A stretch of DNA of 41,662 bases from Candidatus Zhuqueibacterota bacterium (GCA_015485525.1 WFTM01000246.1:1-41662); one strand, 5' to 3'; shown: positions 27,300 through 35,795, counted from the first letter of the stretch. Notes: generated by a model from the letters alone, not told the origin. Numbers and translations are program-made.

Positions 27300-28850
27300 T
27301 TGAGCGAAGAAAACAGATTGGTCTATTCGGTTGAGGTAACCGCAGACAAGATTTACATCATCCACCTCAAGGATGTCTTCGATGCCTCGACAGTTGAAGA
27401 ATTCGAGCATGTTCTGGAGTATCTGATTGCAAGGGGCCAGTATCGCCTGATCATCGATCTGACACGTGTTGAATTTATCAGTTCAGCGGGGTGGGGAATT
27501 TTTACCGCGGAGCTGAAGAACTGTCACGATAACGAAGGCGATATCATGATCGTCGGTATGCAGCCTGATGTTGAAGATGTCTATATGCTGCTCGAGCTGG
27601 ACACGATCATGTCTGCCTACGAGTCGGTCGAAGCCGGTCTGGCTGCCATGCGCGAGAAGTTCGGTCTGCCCGGGGTACAGGAGCAGGCTGATGAGCCGGT
27701 GGAACCGGAAACCGATCAGGCCCCGGCTGATGATTCCGTGCGTGCCCGGGCTGATGATGCCGATGCCGGGCAGGATGACGCAGAGCAGCAGGAGAGTGTC
27801 GCAGAGACCGATGGGCAGACGTCCGAAGCAGGGGAGCCTGCAGCAGAAGCAGATAAGCCTGCTGCAGATGATGTGGATGGAGCTCCTCGTGCTGAAGATG
27901 AGCCCGCGCCGGCAGCCGGCGAGAAAGACGAAAAAGAAAGCAAGTACACATACATTACCGAAGAAACAGATGAACTGGACGAGGGTGCAGAGACCCTGCA
28001 AGCCACAGGAGGCGAGACCGGACGCGAAACGGATACTGCTACTGAAGTTGATGCTGACGTAAATTCTGAAGAAGATGTTCTTCCGGAGCAGAAGCTGAAT
28101 GGAGTCCATGAGCAGGCTGAGGAAGCTACAGCATCCCCGGCCCCGACGGAGGACGATAGCGCTCCCATCACCATGGAACCGACCAGGCTCAACGGTCATC
28201 CGGACGATGTACCAGCTGTTGAGGATGAAGCCGATCAGGAGACGGTCGAGGAGCAGGATGGGGACGAAGCTCCCGAGGAAGAGCCCGGCAGTGTCAGCCC
28301 CTTCGATGAAACCACAGACCCCTGGCCTACTGAAGAGTTTCTGGCCAGCGATGCTGGTGCTGCAGTTAAGGATGAGAGTCCGGATGATGACGAGCAGCCG
28401 GTACAGAGCCAGCGCCGGCGCAGGCTTTCGTATCGTGCTCACCGCCAGGCCCGCTGGCAGGGCACTGCAGCCGGAGACAGTGCAGCCGCTCCGGCAACCG
28501 GGCCCGTCATCGATAGCGGTCGGACTGATGAAGAAAATCAGGTTTATCAGGCCGGTGACCCGGTGGCAGAAGGGAATCCCCTCGATACAGCCTTTTATGA
28601 GCTCGAAGGAAATATGGACCCCTCGGGTGAGCTGATTCCGGATTTTTCGCATGATCCTTTACTGGAGAAGATCATCAGCGTGGTCATAGCCAACCCCACA
28701 TTTGGCCCCAGCCTGATTCGCAATATGCTGATCAGCATGAACCTTGCTGATAAATCTCTGACGCGTTCGATGGTGTACCGTAAGCTGGCGGAAGTCAACC
28801 TGAGCACGCGGGCGCGCCGCATCGTTTTTGCTGAATCTAACAGACTGTAA
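27300..28850 (+). CDS. STAS-domain protein with a ~320-aa acidic low-complexity region and a C-terminal Fis-type HTH-like segment
   Basis: 516 aa, TTG start. Residues ~5-118 match the anti-sigma-antagonist STAS pattern (IIDLTRVEFISSAGWGIF). Residues ~125-440 are D/E/A/P-rich. The C-terminus LTRSMVYRKLAEVNLSTRARR resembles the recognition helix of Fis/NtrC-type HTHs. Confidence 0.7.
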   Translation: MSEENRLVYSVEVTADKIYIIHLKDVFDASTVEEFEHVLEYLIARGQYRLIIDLTRVEFISSAGWGIFTAELKNCHDNEGDIMIVGMQPDVEDVYMLLELDTIMSAYESVEAGLAAMREKFGLPGVQEQADEPVEPETDQAPADDSVRARADDADAGQDDAEQQESVAETDGQTSEAGEPAAEADKPAADDVDGAPRAEDEPAPAAGEKDEKESKYTYITEETDELDEGAETLQATGGETGRETDTATEVDADVNSEEDVLPEQKLNGVHEQAEEATASPAPTEDDSAPITMEPTRLNGHPDDVPAVEDEADQETVEEQDGDEAPEEEPGSVSPFDETTDPWPTEEFLASDAGAAVKDESPDDDEQPVQSQRRRRLSYRAHRQARWQGTAAGDSAAAPATGPVIDSGRTDEENQVYQAGDPVAEGNPLDTAFYELEGNMDPSGELIPDFSHDPLLEKIISVVIANPTFGPSLIRNMLISMNLADKSLTRSMVYRKLAEVNLSTRARRIVFAESNRL

Positions 28851-28920
28851 ATATTGCGTTTCTGCTTGCCCAATACTGCAAGGACGTAGTACTTTTTTTA
28901 CCAAAAAGTGAGAATGGACT

Positions 28921-30042
28921 ATGGGTGAATTTGTTTTTAATGATATTATTCGTTCTGATAAGGGAGAGTATTTTCTCAAGACCGGAAACAGCACATATCA
29001 GAATCGCATCATTTCTTCTTTTTTCAGAAATGGCACGCTGATTGATTCCCAATATGAGAGTTATGACCCCGCAGTATCTGATGAAACTCTGCTCAATTCA
29101 ACACGCCGGTTCCACGAAGAGAAAAAGGCGGAAGTCCAGTCCCTGCTCGGGTTGGCTGAAAAGCTGAAGGACTCTGATCAGGCGACGACCAAGAATATTC
29201 TCGGTCTTGCTTTTTTACGCCGTGGCATGTTTGACGAAGCGATCAATGAATTTGAAGAAGCCATCGTACTCGATCCGGATAATTCAGCGATCTACAACAA
29301 TCTCGGCAAAGCCTATATCGGTGTCGATAAGATCGAAGATGCGACGCGGGTGCTCGAACAGGCTGCAGAAATCAGCCCGAATTTTGCCGACATTCACAAC
29401 AACCTCGGTTATGCCTACCTCAAACAGGAGTTCTGCAAAAAGGCGGTCGAGCATTTTGAAAAAGCGGTTGAGCTCAACTCATATTATGCCGAGGCTTTTT
29501 ATAACCTGGCGCTGGCGCTGGTTTTGAATGCGCATAAGCGCGAAGACTTCAACCTGTCCGTCAACTGCTATACCAAGGTTATGGACAACATGGAGAAGGC
29601 TTTCCGCATCAACCCGAACTACCGCAATGAACATTTCGAGCGTGGTGAGGAGTTTTTGCGCCAGAAGGATTACCAGCAGGCTTTTCACGAGTTTGAAAAA
29701 GGCGGGCGAGGCGTTCTCAAACCCGATGATCTGTCCTTTATCATCGATTTTTATTTGCGTATCATGCACAGTGATGGCAAGAACTTGAAGAGCAGCATCA
29801 TCTGGAAGCATATCCGCCAGCTCGAGGAAATGCTCAAAAAGTATCCCAACTATGCTGATTTGTACAACCATCTCGGTGTTGCTTATGTGATCATGAGTAA
29901 ATACGTCAACAGCAAGGCGATGCAGCAGTTCAATAAAGCATTGAATATCAACCCTGATTTCGAAAAGGCTAAGCGCAACAAACGTCTGGCTGAGTATGAT
30001 AACAAAGGTATTCAGTTGCTGTTTGATGCGATTTTGAAATAG
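28921..30042 (+). CDS. Cytoplasmic tetratricopeptide-repeat (TPR) protein
   Basis: 373 aa with no signal peptide. Consecutive TPR units (LGLAFLRRGMFDEAINEFEEAIVLDPDN, YNNLGKAYIGVDKIEDATRVLEQAAEISPN, HNNLGYAYLKQEFCKKAVEHFEKAVELN...). Confidence 0.8.
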   Translation: MGEFVFNDIIRSDKGEYFLKTGNSTYQNRIISSFFRNGTLIDSQYESYDPAVSDETLLNSTRRFHEEKKAEVQSLLGLAEKLKDSDQATTKNILGLAFLRRGMFDEAINEFEEAIVLDPDNSAIYNNLGKAYIGVDKIEDATRVLEQAAEISPNFADIHNNLGYAYLKQEFCKKAVEHFEKAVELNSYYAEAFYNLALALVLNAHKREDFNLSVNCYTKVMDNMEKAFRINPNYRNEHFERGEEFLRQKDYQQAFHEFEKGGRGVLKPDDLSFIIDFYLRIMHSDGKNLKSSIIWKHIRQLEEMLKKYPNYADLYNHLGVAYVIMSKYVNSKAMQQFNKALNINPDFEKAKRNKRLAEYDNKGIQLLFDAILK

Positions 30043-30185
30043 CCGGGATATGGTTATTAACTGAAAAATTCATAAATCCGGACAAACTGCACAATGCCTG
30101 CTATCCCGCTTTATTCGTTCAATACGCTTTGTGTCCGGAAAGGGGATAGCGTTGTTCCCGAGATTGAAAACAGAAAGGGATTTCA

Positions 30186-30905
30186 TTGAACATGGAAACC
30201 ACCCAGAATATCATCGAGATGTTTGATGATGAATCGGCCGAGGCCAACGAGTTCCGCCGGCTGTATTCAAAGATGAAAAATCTCTATTCAGGGCGTGAGC
30301 TGAAAAACCTGCTCGTCACCAGTGCTACGATCAGCGAGGGCAAGAGTACTACGGCTGCTCTTCTGGCGGCTACAATCGCGCGCTATCGTGACACAAAAAC
30401 GATTATTGTCGATTGCGACCTGCGCCGGCCGAGAATTCATCAGCTCTTCGGAGTGGCAAAAGAAGACGGCGTTGCCGATGTGCTCATGGGTAAAAAGCGT
30501 CTCGACGCCTGCTTCAAGCAGAGTCCGCTGGAGAACCTGAAAATTCTCACTTCAGGCGGGATTATCGATAATCCGACTGAGCTGTTTAACTCATCGCGGA
30601 TGAAAGACCTGTTCTCTGAGATCAAGTTTTATTTTGACGCCATTATCGTCGATACGCCACCGGTGATTCCGGTAACGGATTCGCTGATTCTGAGCACTGA
30701 GATGGACGGTGCGCTCTTTGTTCTCAAGGCCGGACAGACACAAAAGGCGGTCGTCAACCGCGCGGTCGAGTTGATGAAAAATTCCGGCTTGAATATACTC
30801 GGCGTGATCGTTAACAATATGAAAGGCGTCCTGCCTTATTACTACGACTATAAATATTACGGCTATAAGTACTATACTAAAGACGCACATCCCCAGGTTG
30901 CCTGA
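30186..30905 (+). CDS. BY-kinase-type polysaccharide tyrosine autokinase (stand-alone cytoplasmic ATPase, CpsD/EpsG-like)
   Basis: Walker A SATISEGKST, Walker A' IIVDCDLRRP, Walker B AIIVDTPPV. The C-terminal Tyr cluster YYYDYKYYGYKYY has 9 Tyr in 13 residues. Start is TTG 30186 or ATG 30192. Confidence 0.85.
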   Translation: MNMETTQNIIEMFDDESAEANEFRRLYSKMKNLYSGRELKNLLVTSATISEGKSTTAALLAATIARYRDTKTIIVDCDLRRPRIHQLFGVAKEDGVADVLMGKKRLDACFKQSPLENLKILTSGGIIDNPTELFNSSRMKDLFSEIKFYFDAIIVDTPPVIPVTDSLILSTEMDGALFVLKAGQTQKAVVNRAVELMKNSGLNILGVIVNNMKGVLPYYYDYKYYGYKYYTKDAHPQVA

Positions 30906-31013
30906 TCCGGTACTACCGGCCTGATTTCGGGGCGTTGCTATGCGGCATGGGTGTGCCGCAAGAGTCTTTGGGGCTGTTACAGGTGGAACACTTTTTTGCT
31001 ACAGGAGGACTGA

Positions 31014-31976
31014 ATGGCTTTATTTCTGGTAACCGGAGGAGCTGGTTTTATCGGATCCAATCTTGCCCGCAAGATTCTTGAAAATGGAGATCGTGTCCGG
31101 GTTTTCGATGATCTTTCGACCGGGAAGATGGAGAATATCGAAGGATTATCCGGCGATATCGAGTTTATCAAAGGGGATATTCGCGATCTCGATGCATTTC
31201 AGAAAGCAGCCGAGGGTGTAGAATACATCCTGCATCAGGCAGCCCTGCCCTCAGTGCCACGCTCGATCGATGATCCGATTTCCTCCAATGAAGTCAATGT
31301 CGTAGGCACGGTGAACGTGCTGGTTGCTGCGCGGGATAAGCGGGTCAAACGCATCGTGCTCGCTTCGAGCTCCTCGGTTTATGGCAATACTGAAGTTATG
31401 CCCAAGACCGAAGAGTTGCCTCCGCAGCCGGTTTCTCCTTATGCAGTTTCAAAAATGGCCAAGGAAAAGTACGCGCTTTCCTTTCATCAGGTTTATGGCT
31501 TACCGGCCGTTGCATTGCGCTATTTCAATGTTTTCGGGCCGAACCAGGACCCCAACTCCCACTACGCCGCCGTGATCCCCAAATTTATCACCGCCATGCT
31601 GCGCGGTGATTCCCCCACGGTGTACGGTGATGGTGAACAATCCCGTGATTTTACTTATGTCGATAATGTCGTGCATGGTAATCTTCTGGCCTGCGAGTCA
31701 GATGCAGCAGTCGGCCATGCTATGAACATGGCGTGCGGCGGGCGGTACACGCTCAATTTTCTGCTCGGGAAGCTGGAAGAACTCATGGGCAGGAAAGCCA
31801 ATGCGATCTATACAGAACCACGGCGGGGCGATGTTCTGCATTCGCACGCCGGCATCGAGCTGGCACGCCGGCTGCTCAAATTCGAGCCACAGGTTTCTTT
31901 TGAAGATGGCCTGGCCAAAACCGTTGACTGGTACAGACAAAAATATAGCTCCGAGGTGGCCTCGAGCACGGTCTGA
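31014..31976 (+). CDS. NAD-dependent epimerase/dehydratase (UDP-hexose / UDP-HexNAc 4-epimerase-like SDR)
   Basis: Rossmann motif VTGGAGFIGSNL, catalytic SPYAVSKMAKE (YxxxK), LRYFNVFGPNQDPNS.YAAVIPKF, GDGEQSRDFTYVDNVV. GGAGG SD upstream. Confidence 0.9.
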   Translation: MALFLVTGGAGFIGSNLARKILENGDRVRVFDDLSTGKMENIEGLSGDIEFIKGDIRDLDAFQKAAEGVEYILHQAALPSVPRSIDDPISSNEVNVVGTVNVLVAARDKRVKRIVLASSSSVYGNTEVMPKTEELPPQPVSPYAVSKMAKEKYALSFHQVYGLPAVALRYFNVFGPNQDPNSHYAAVIPKFITAMLRGDSPTVYGDGEQSRDFTYVDNVVHGNLLACESDAAVGHAMNMACGGRYTLNFLLGKLEELMGRKANAIYTEPRRGDVLHSHAGIELARRLLKFEPQVSFEDGLAKTVDWYRQKYSSEVASSTV

Positions 31977-32232
31977 CGTGAATAGAAGTTCACCCTGTTT
32001 TGATTTCTCCCGGTTTGATCGCAAATCAAGGCTTTGTGCCTGAAGACAGGGTATCTGAAAAATCCCATCAGAACCCATGGCGTGACAGGTTGGTATGCTT
32101 CATGCTGATGGTGGCGTGAAACTTCTGGATGGGTTGTTTTCAGATTACAAAAATAACGGGAACGCACGCGCAGCGCAGGGAAGCACTGCTCATACAAACT
32201 CACATCGAACACCCTGAATACGAAAAGCACCT

Positions 32233-33183
32233 ATGGACGTTCTCAACGCGCTGACGGTTGATGTTGAAGACTGGTTTCATGTGTCGTTGTTCAGACATCA
32301 CATCAAAAGATCGGAATGGGATACCCTGCAGAGTACGGTTGTCGTCAATACGATCAGGATTCTCAATCTCTTCGATCGCTATAATGTCAAAGCGACATTC
32401 TTCATCCTCGGCTGGGTGGCGGAGCGCTACCCGGAGCTAGTAGTCGCGATTAAAGAGCAGGGCCATGAAATTGCCTCGCATGGTTATGGCCATCAGATGG
32501 TCTATGAGCAGAGCCGGGCTGAATTTTATCATGATGTCAAGAAATCCATCACCATACTCGAAGAGATCAGCGGAGCGAAGGTGTACGGCTATCGTGCGCC
32601 GAGCTATTCGATTACACGGGTTTCCATGTGGGCGTGGGAAAAACTCGTCGAGCTGGGTCTGGAATATGACTCCAGTGTTTTTCCGATCAAGCACGACCTG
32701 TATGGGATAGCTGACGCACCGCGCTTCCCCTTTCGCGTTCGTGTGCAGGGAAAGGGCGAACTCATCGAATTCCCGATTTCAACTGTCCCCATTTTTGGCA
32801 AAAACATCCCTATCGCCGGTGGTGGCTATTTACGCCACTATCCGTTCTGGTTTTTTTCCAACGGCATCAAACGCGTCAACGCCGAGAACAAGCCGACGAT
32901 CATCTATTTTCATCCCTGGGAAATCGATCCGCAGATACCGCGCATCAATGTTGGGCTGCTCAAGCGCATTCGCCATTATGGCAATCTCGCCCTGATGGAG
33001 GAGCGCGTGATCAAACTGCTGGAGCGCTACCGCTTCGGTACGGTCAGACAGGTGCTGCAAACCCTGCCGCCCCCACAGGCCTGGCCACGTGTCGGCCCGG
33101 GTCCGCAAGCGCTCAAGAGTCACGAAAATAATGGCATGCTGCACGCACACCAGCAGCGAAAATCCAAGTCTGAAAACAGATGA
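32233..33183 (+). CDS. Polysaccharide deacetylase of the exosortase/PEP-CTERM-locus type
   Basis: N-terminus NALTVDVEDWFHV. Also FFILGWVAERYPELV, GHEIASHGYGH, YRAPSYSI and SSVFPIKHDLYGIADAPRFPF. From memory this pattern is characteristic of XrtA-system deacetylases. It is followed directly by a FemAB-family gene. Confidence 0.82.
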   Translation: MDVLNALTVDVEDWFHVSLFRHHIKRSEWDTLQSTVVVNTIRILNLFDRYNVKATFFILGWVAERYPELVVAIKEQGHEIASHGYGHQMVYEQSRAEFYHDVKKSITILEEISGAKVYGYRAPSYSITRVSMWAWEKLVELGLEYDSSVFPIKHDLYGIADAPRFPFRVRVQGKGELIEFPISTVPIFGKNIPIAGGGYLRHYPFWFFSNGIKRVNAENKPTIIYFHPWEIDPQIPRINVGLLKRIRHYGNLALMEERVIKLLERYRFGTVRQVLQTLPPPQAWPRVGPGPQALKSHENNGMLHAHQQRKSKSENR

Positions 33184-33212
33184 GCACAACACAGCACTGA
33201 CGAAGAACGACC

Positions 33213-34238
33213 ATGATCATCGAACAGCAGGATTTGGCTCAGGCGGCAGTCGAGGAGTTTGTTGCTGCCACTCCCGGGGGGAAAATCTATCATCTTCCGG
33301 CCATCCAGAAAGTCATTCAGCAGACCTTCGGCCATAAGCCGGTTTATCTCGTCGCACGTGACGGCGGTACCCTTCGGGGTGTGCTTCCGCTCACGCACAT
33401 GAAGAGCCGGCTCTTCGGCAATTTCCTCATTTCTGTCCCCTTCTTCAATTACGGCGGCGTCTGCAGTGAAGATGACGAGGCGCGCAGGCTACTGCTGGAA
33501 AAAGCAATCGATATCGCCCAGCAGCTTCGGGTCTCGCATATTGAATTGCGCCATGATCGCATCCTTTATCCCGAGCTGCAGCAGAAAAGCCATAAAGTCG
33601 CTATGGTTCTGGAACTCCCTGATGATGCTGAGACGCTGTGGAAAAGTTTTAAATCCAAACTGCGGAGTCAGGTGCGGCGTCCGGAGAAAGATGGGGTTGA
33701 AGTAAAGATAGGACGTACGGAGCTGGTCGGCGAATTTTACAGCGTTTTTGCAGAAAATATGCGTGACTTGGGCACGCCGGTTTATAGCCGCCGCTTGTTC
33801 GAGAATATGCTGAAGACATTTCCCGACAGCTCATGGCTGGTAGTCGCCCACCGCGATGGCGAAGCCCTGGCTGCCGGGTTTCTGCTCGGATACGGCGATA
33901 TGCTGGAAATCCCCTGGGCTTCATCTCTGCGGCGTTTTAACCGGCTGGCGCCGAATATGCTGATGTACTGGCACGCCCTGAAGCACGCTATTGAGCAGGG
34001 CTACAAAAAGTTTGATTTTGGCCGCAGCACCCCGGGGGAGGGAACCTACAAATTCAAAGCCCAATGGGGAGCACAACCGGTGGAGCTGCACTGGGAATAC
34101 TGGATGGCTGATGGCAAACCTCTGCCTGACCTCAGCCCGAAGAATGCCAAATTCGATGCTGCGATCCGCATCTGGCAGAAAATTCCCGTGCCTGTGACGC
34201 GCGTCATCGGCCCGCCCATCGTCAGGAATATTCCATAA
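33213..34238 (+). CDS. FemAB-family / GNAT-fold acyl(aminoacyl)transferase, EPS-locus associated
   Basis: 341 aa. LPL...SRLFGNFLISVPFFNYGG, SKLRSQVRRPEKDG, LEIPWASSLR..N.LAPNMLMYWHALK.AIE.GYKKFDFGRS....GTYKFKAQWGA. Confidence 0.78.
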   Translation: MIIEQQDLAQAAVEEFVAATPGGKIYHLPAIQKVIQQTFGHKPVYLVARDGGTLRGVLPLTHMKSRLFGNFLISVPFFNYGGVCSEDDEARRLLLEKAIDIAQQLRVSHIELRHDRILYPELQQKSHKVAMVLELPDDAETLWKSFKSKLRSQVRRPEKDGVEVKIGRTELVGEFYSVFAENMRDLGTPVYSRRLFENMLKTFPDSSWLVVAHRDGEALAAGFLLGYGDMLEIPWASSLRRFNRLAPNMLMYWHALKHAIEQGYKKFDFGRSTPGEGTYKFKAQWGAQPVELHWEYWMADGKPLPDLSPKNAKFDAAIRIWQKIPVPVTRVIGPPIVRNIP

Positions 34239-34252
34239 TAGCGGAGCAACGT

Positions 34253-35398
34253 GTGGAAACTCTGTTTTGGGGCAGCGTGCTGCTCATCTTGTATGTCTAT
34301 CTCGGATATCCCCTGCTGTTGTTGGCTATGCACCGCCTGTTCCGGCGCCAACCTGTGCGCAAGCAGGATATCGAACCCGAAGTCACGCTGATCATCTCTG
34401 CCTATAATGAGGAAGATGTCATCGCCAGGAAGCTGGAAAACAGCCTGGAGCTGGACTATCCGCGCGACAAACTGGAAATTCTGGTGATCTCCGACTGCTC
34501 GGATGATCGCACCGATGAGATCGTGGCTGAGTTTGCCGGCAAAGGCGTGAAACTGCTGCGCATGCCTGAGCGTGGCGGCAAAACCGCAGGCCTGAACGCT
34601 GCTGTTCCGCAGGCAAAGGGTGAGATCGTCATCTTTTCCGATGCCAATGCCATGTATGACCGCAACGTGGTACGCGCCATTGTCCGCAATTTTGCGGATG
34701 AAAATGTCGGCGCTGTTACCTGCGAGTCACGCTATGAAATAGACGAAGGCGACACCTCGACTGAAAGCGAAAATCTCTATTGGCGCTATGAGCTGGCGCT
34801 GAAGCGGCTGGAAAGCGAGCTCGGCTCTCTCGTCGGTGGCGATGGGGCGATTTATGCCATTCGCCGCTCGCTGTACCGGCGCATGAAGCCTTCTGATCTG
34901 TCTGATTTTGTCAACCCGCTGCAGATCGTCAGCCAGGGATTTCGCAACGTGTATGAGCCGGAGGCTTTTTCCTTTGAAAAAGGCGGGGAGAGTTTCGACA
35001 AGGAGTTCAGGCGTAAGGTGCGCATCGTCAACCGTGCCTGGCGGGGAATGATGAGCATGCGCCATGTGCTCAATCCGTTCCGCTATGGTTTTTTTGCCAT
35101 ACAGGCGCTTTCGCACAAGCTGTTGCGCTGGCTGGTGCCGGCGTTTATGCTGGTGGCGTTTGTGTCGAATATTTCACTGCTGCCCGAGCATATTTTTTAT
35201 AAATTTACCTTTGCTCTGCAGGTGGTTTTCTATCTTTTGGCTCTGGTCGGATGGCTGCAATCGCGGCGCGAAGAGATTGCCCGGATGTTCTATATTCCGT
35301 ACTATTTCTGTCTGGTCAACTGGGCAAGCCTGAAAGGAATCATCGAAAACTATACCGGCAGAACCTATACGGTGTGGAACACTGTGCGGGAAAAATAG
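34253..35398 (+). CDS. Membrane-embedded family-2 glycosyltransferase with synthase-like topology
   Basis: 381 aa, GTG start. N-terminal TM, TLIISAYNEE, ISDCSDD, FSDAN, GGDGAIYAIRR, R..RIVNRAWRG, then three or more C-terminal TM segments. Confidence 0.85.
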   Translation: METLFWGSVLLILYVYLGYPLLLLAMHRLFRRQPVRKQDIEPEVTLIISAYNEEDVIARKLENSLELDYPRDKLEILVISDCSDDRTDEIVAEFAGKGVKLLRMPERGGKTAGLNAAVPQAKGEIVIFSDANAMYDRNVVRAIVRNFADENVGAVTCESRYEIDEGDTSTESENLYWRYELALKRLESELGSLVGGDGAIYAIRRSLYRRMKPSDLSDFVNPLQIVSQGFRNVYEPEAFSFEKGGESFDKEFRRKVRIVNRAWRGMMSMRHVLNPFRYGFFAIQALSHKLLRWLVPAFMLVAFVSNISLLPEHIFYKFTFALQVVFYLLALVGWLQSRREEIARMFYIPYYFCLVNWASLKGIIENYTGRTYTVWNTVREK

Positions 35399-35682
35399 CC
35401 CGGCGTACTATCTGCTGTGCTGAGCGAAGCAGACTACCGGGAGGGTGCGTTTTTCAGGCACCACGAAGTTCACGATGGGCGCGAAGGAAAACAAGAAGAA
35501 TTGCAGGTACTGATTGGTTCGATACTTCAACATTCTTCGTGCTCTGCAAGACCTTCGTAGTGCAACCCGGCTTCAGCCTGAAGCTGGGTGAACGGAATAG
35601 CCAGACACTATGCGGACTGATAAAGATAAAAAATTTCCATGATGACCTGACACAAGATATTGAAAATTGAATGTTTCGATCT

Positions 35683-35711
35683 CTGCAAACAGCTTTGTCT
35701 GCAGCTTTTTT
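35683..35711 (+). terminator. Candidate intrinsic terminator in the GT2/deacetylase intergenic region
   Basis: CTGCAAAC (35683-35690) pairs with GTCTGCAG (35697-35704) with one mismatch. 6-nt loop, then C + T6. Confidence 0.35.
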
Positions 35712-35795
35712 GTTCTGAAAATAAATCGCTCGGGTTGAGTTATAAATAAAAAATCAGGTTGGCTTACAGCAGGATTAAAAACTTTTCAGGATACA

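Noticed and set aside
27483-28652. 389-aa minus-strand ORF, plus several 110-180-aa ORFs in other frames, overlapping the STAS gene
   Set aside because: It lies antisense to the D/E/A-rich low-complexity region. GAN/GCN codon runs leave the complementary frames stop-free. The translation is a Leu/Ser/Cys/Phe/Arg-rich mirror with no domain motifs and no SD, so I treat it as a compositional artefact.
29031-29045. Sigma54-like element TGGCACG-N4-TTGA
   Set aside because: It lies inside the TPR coding sequence. The -12 element deviates from TTGC, and there is no downstream gene start or enhancer-binding protein in the window. It is probably a chance match.
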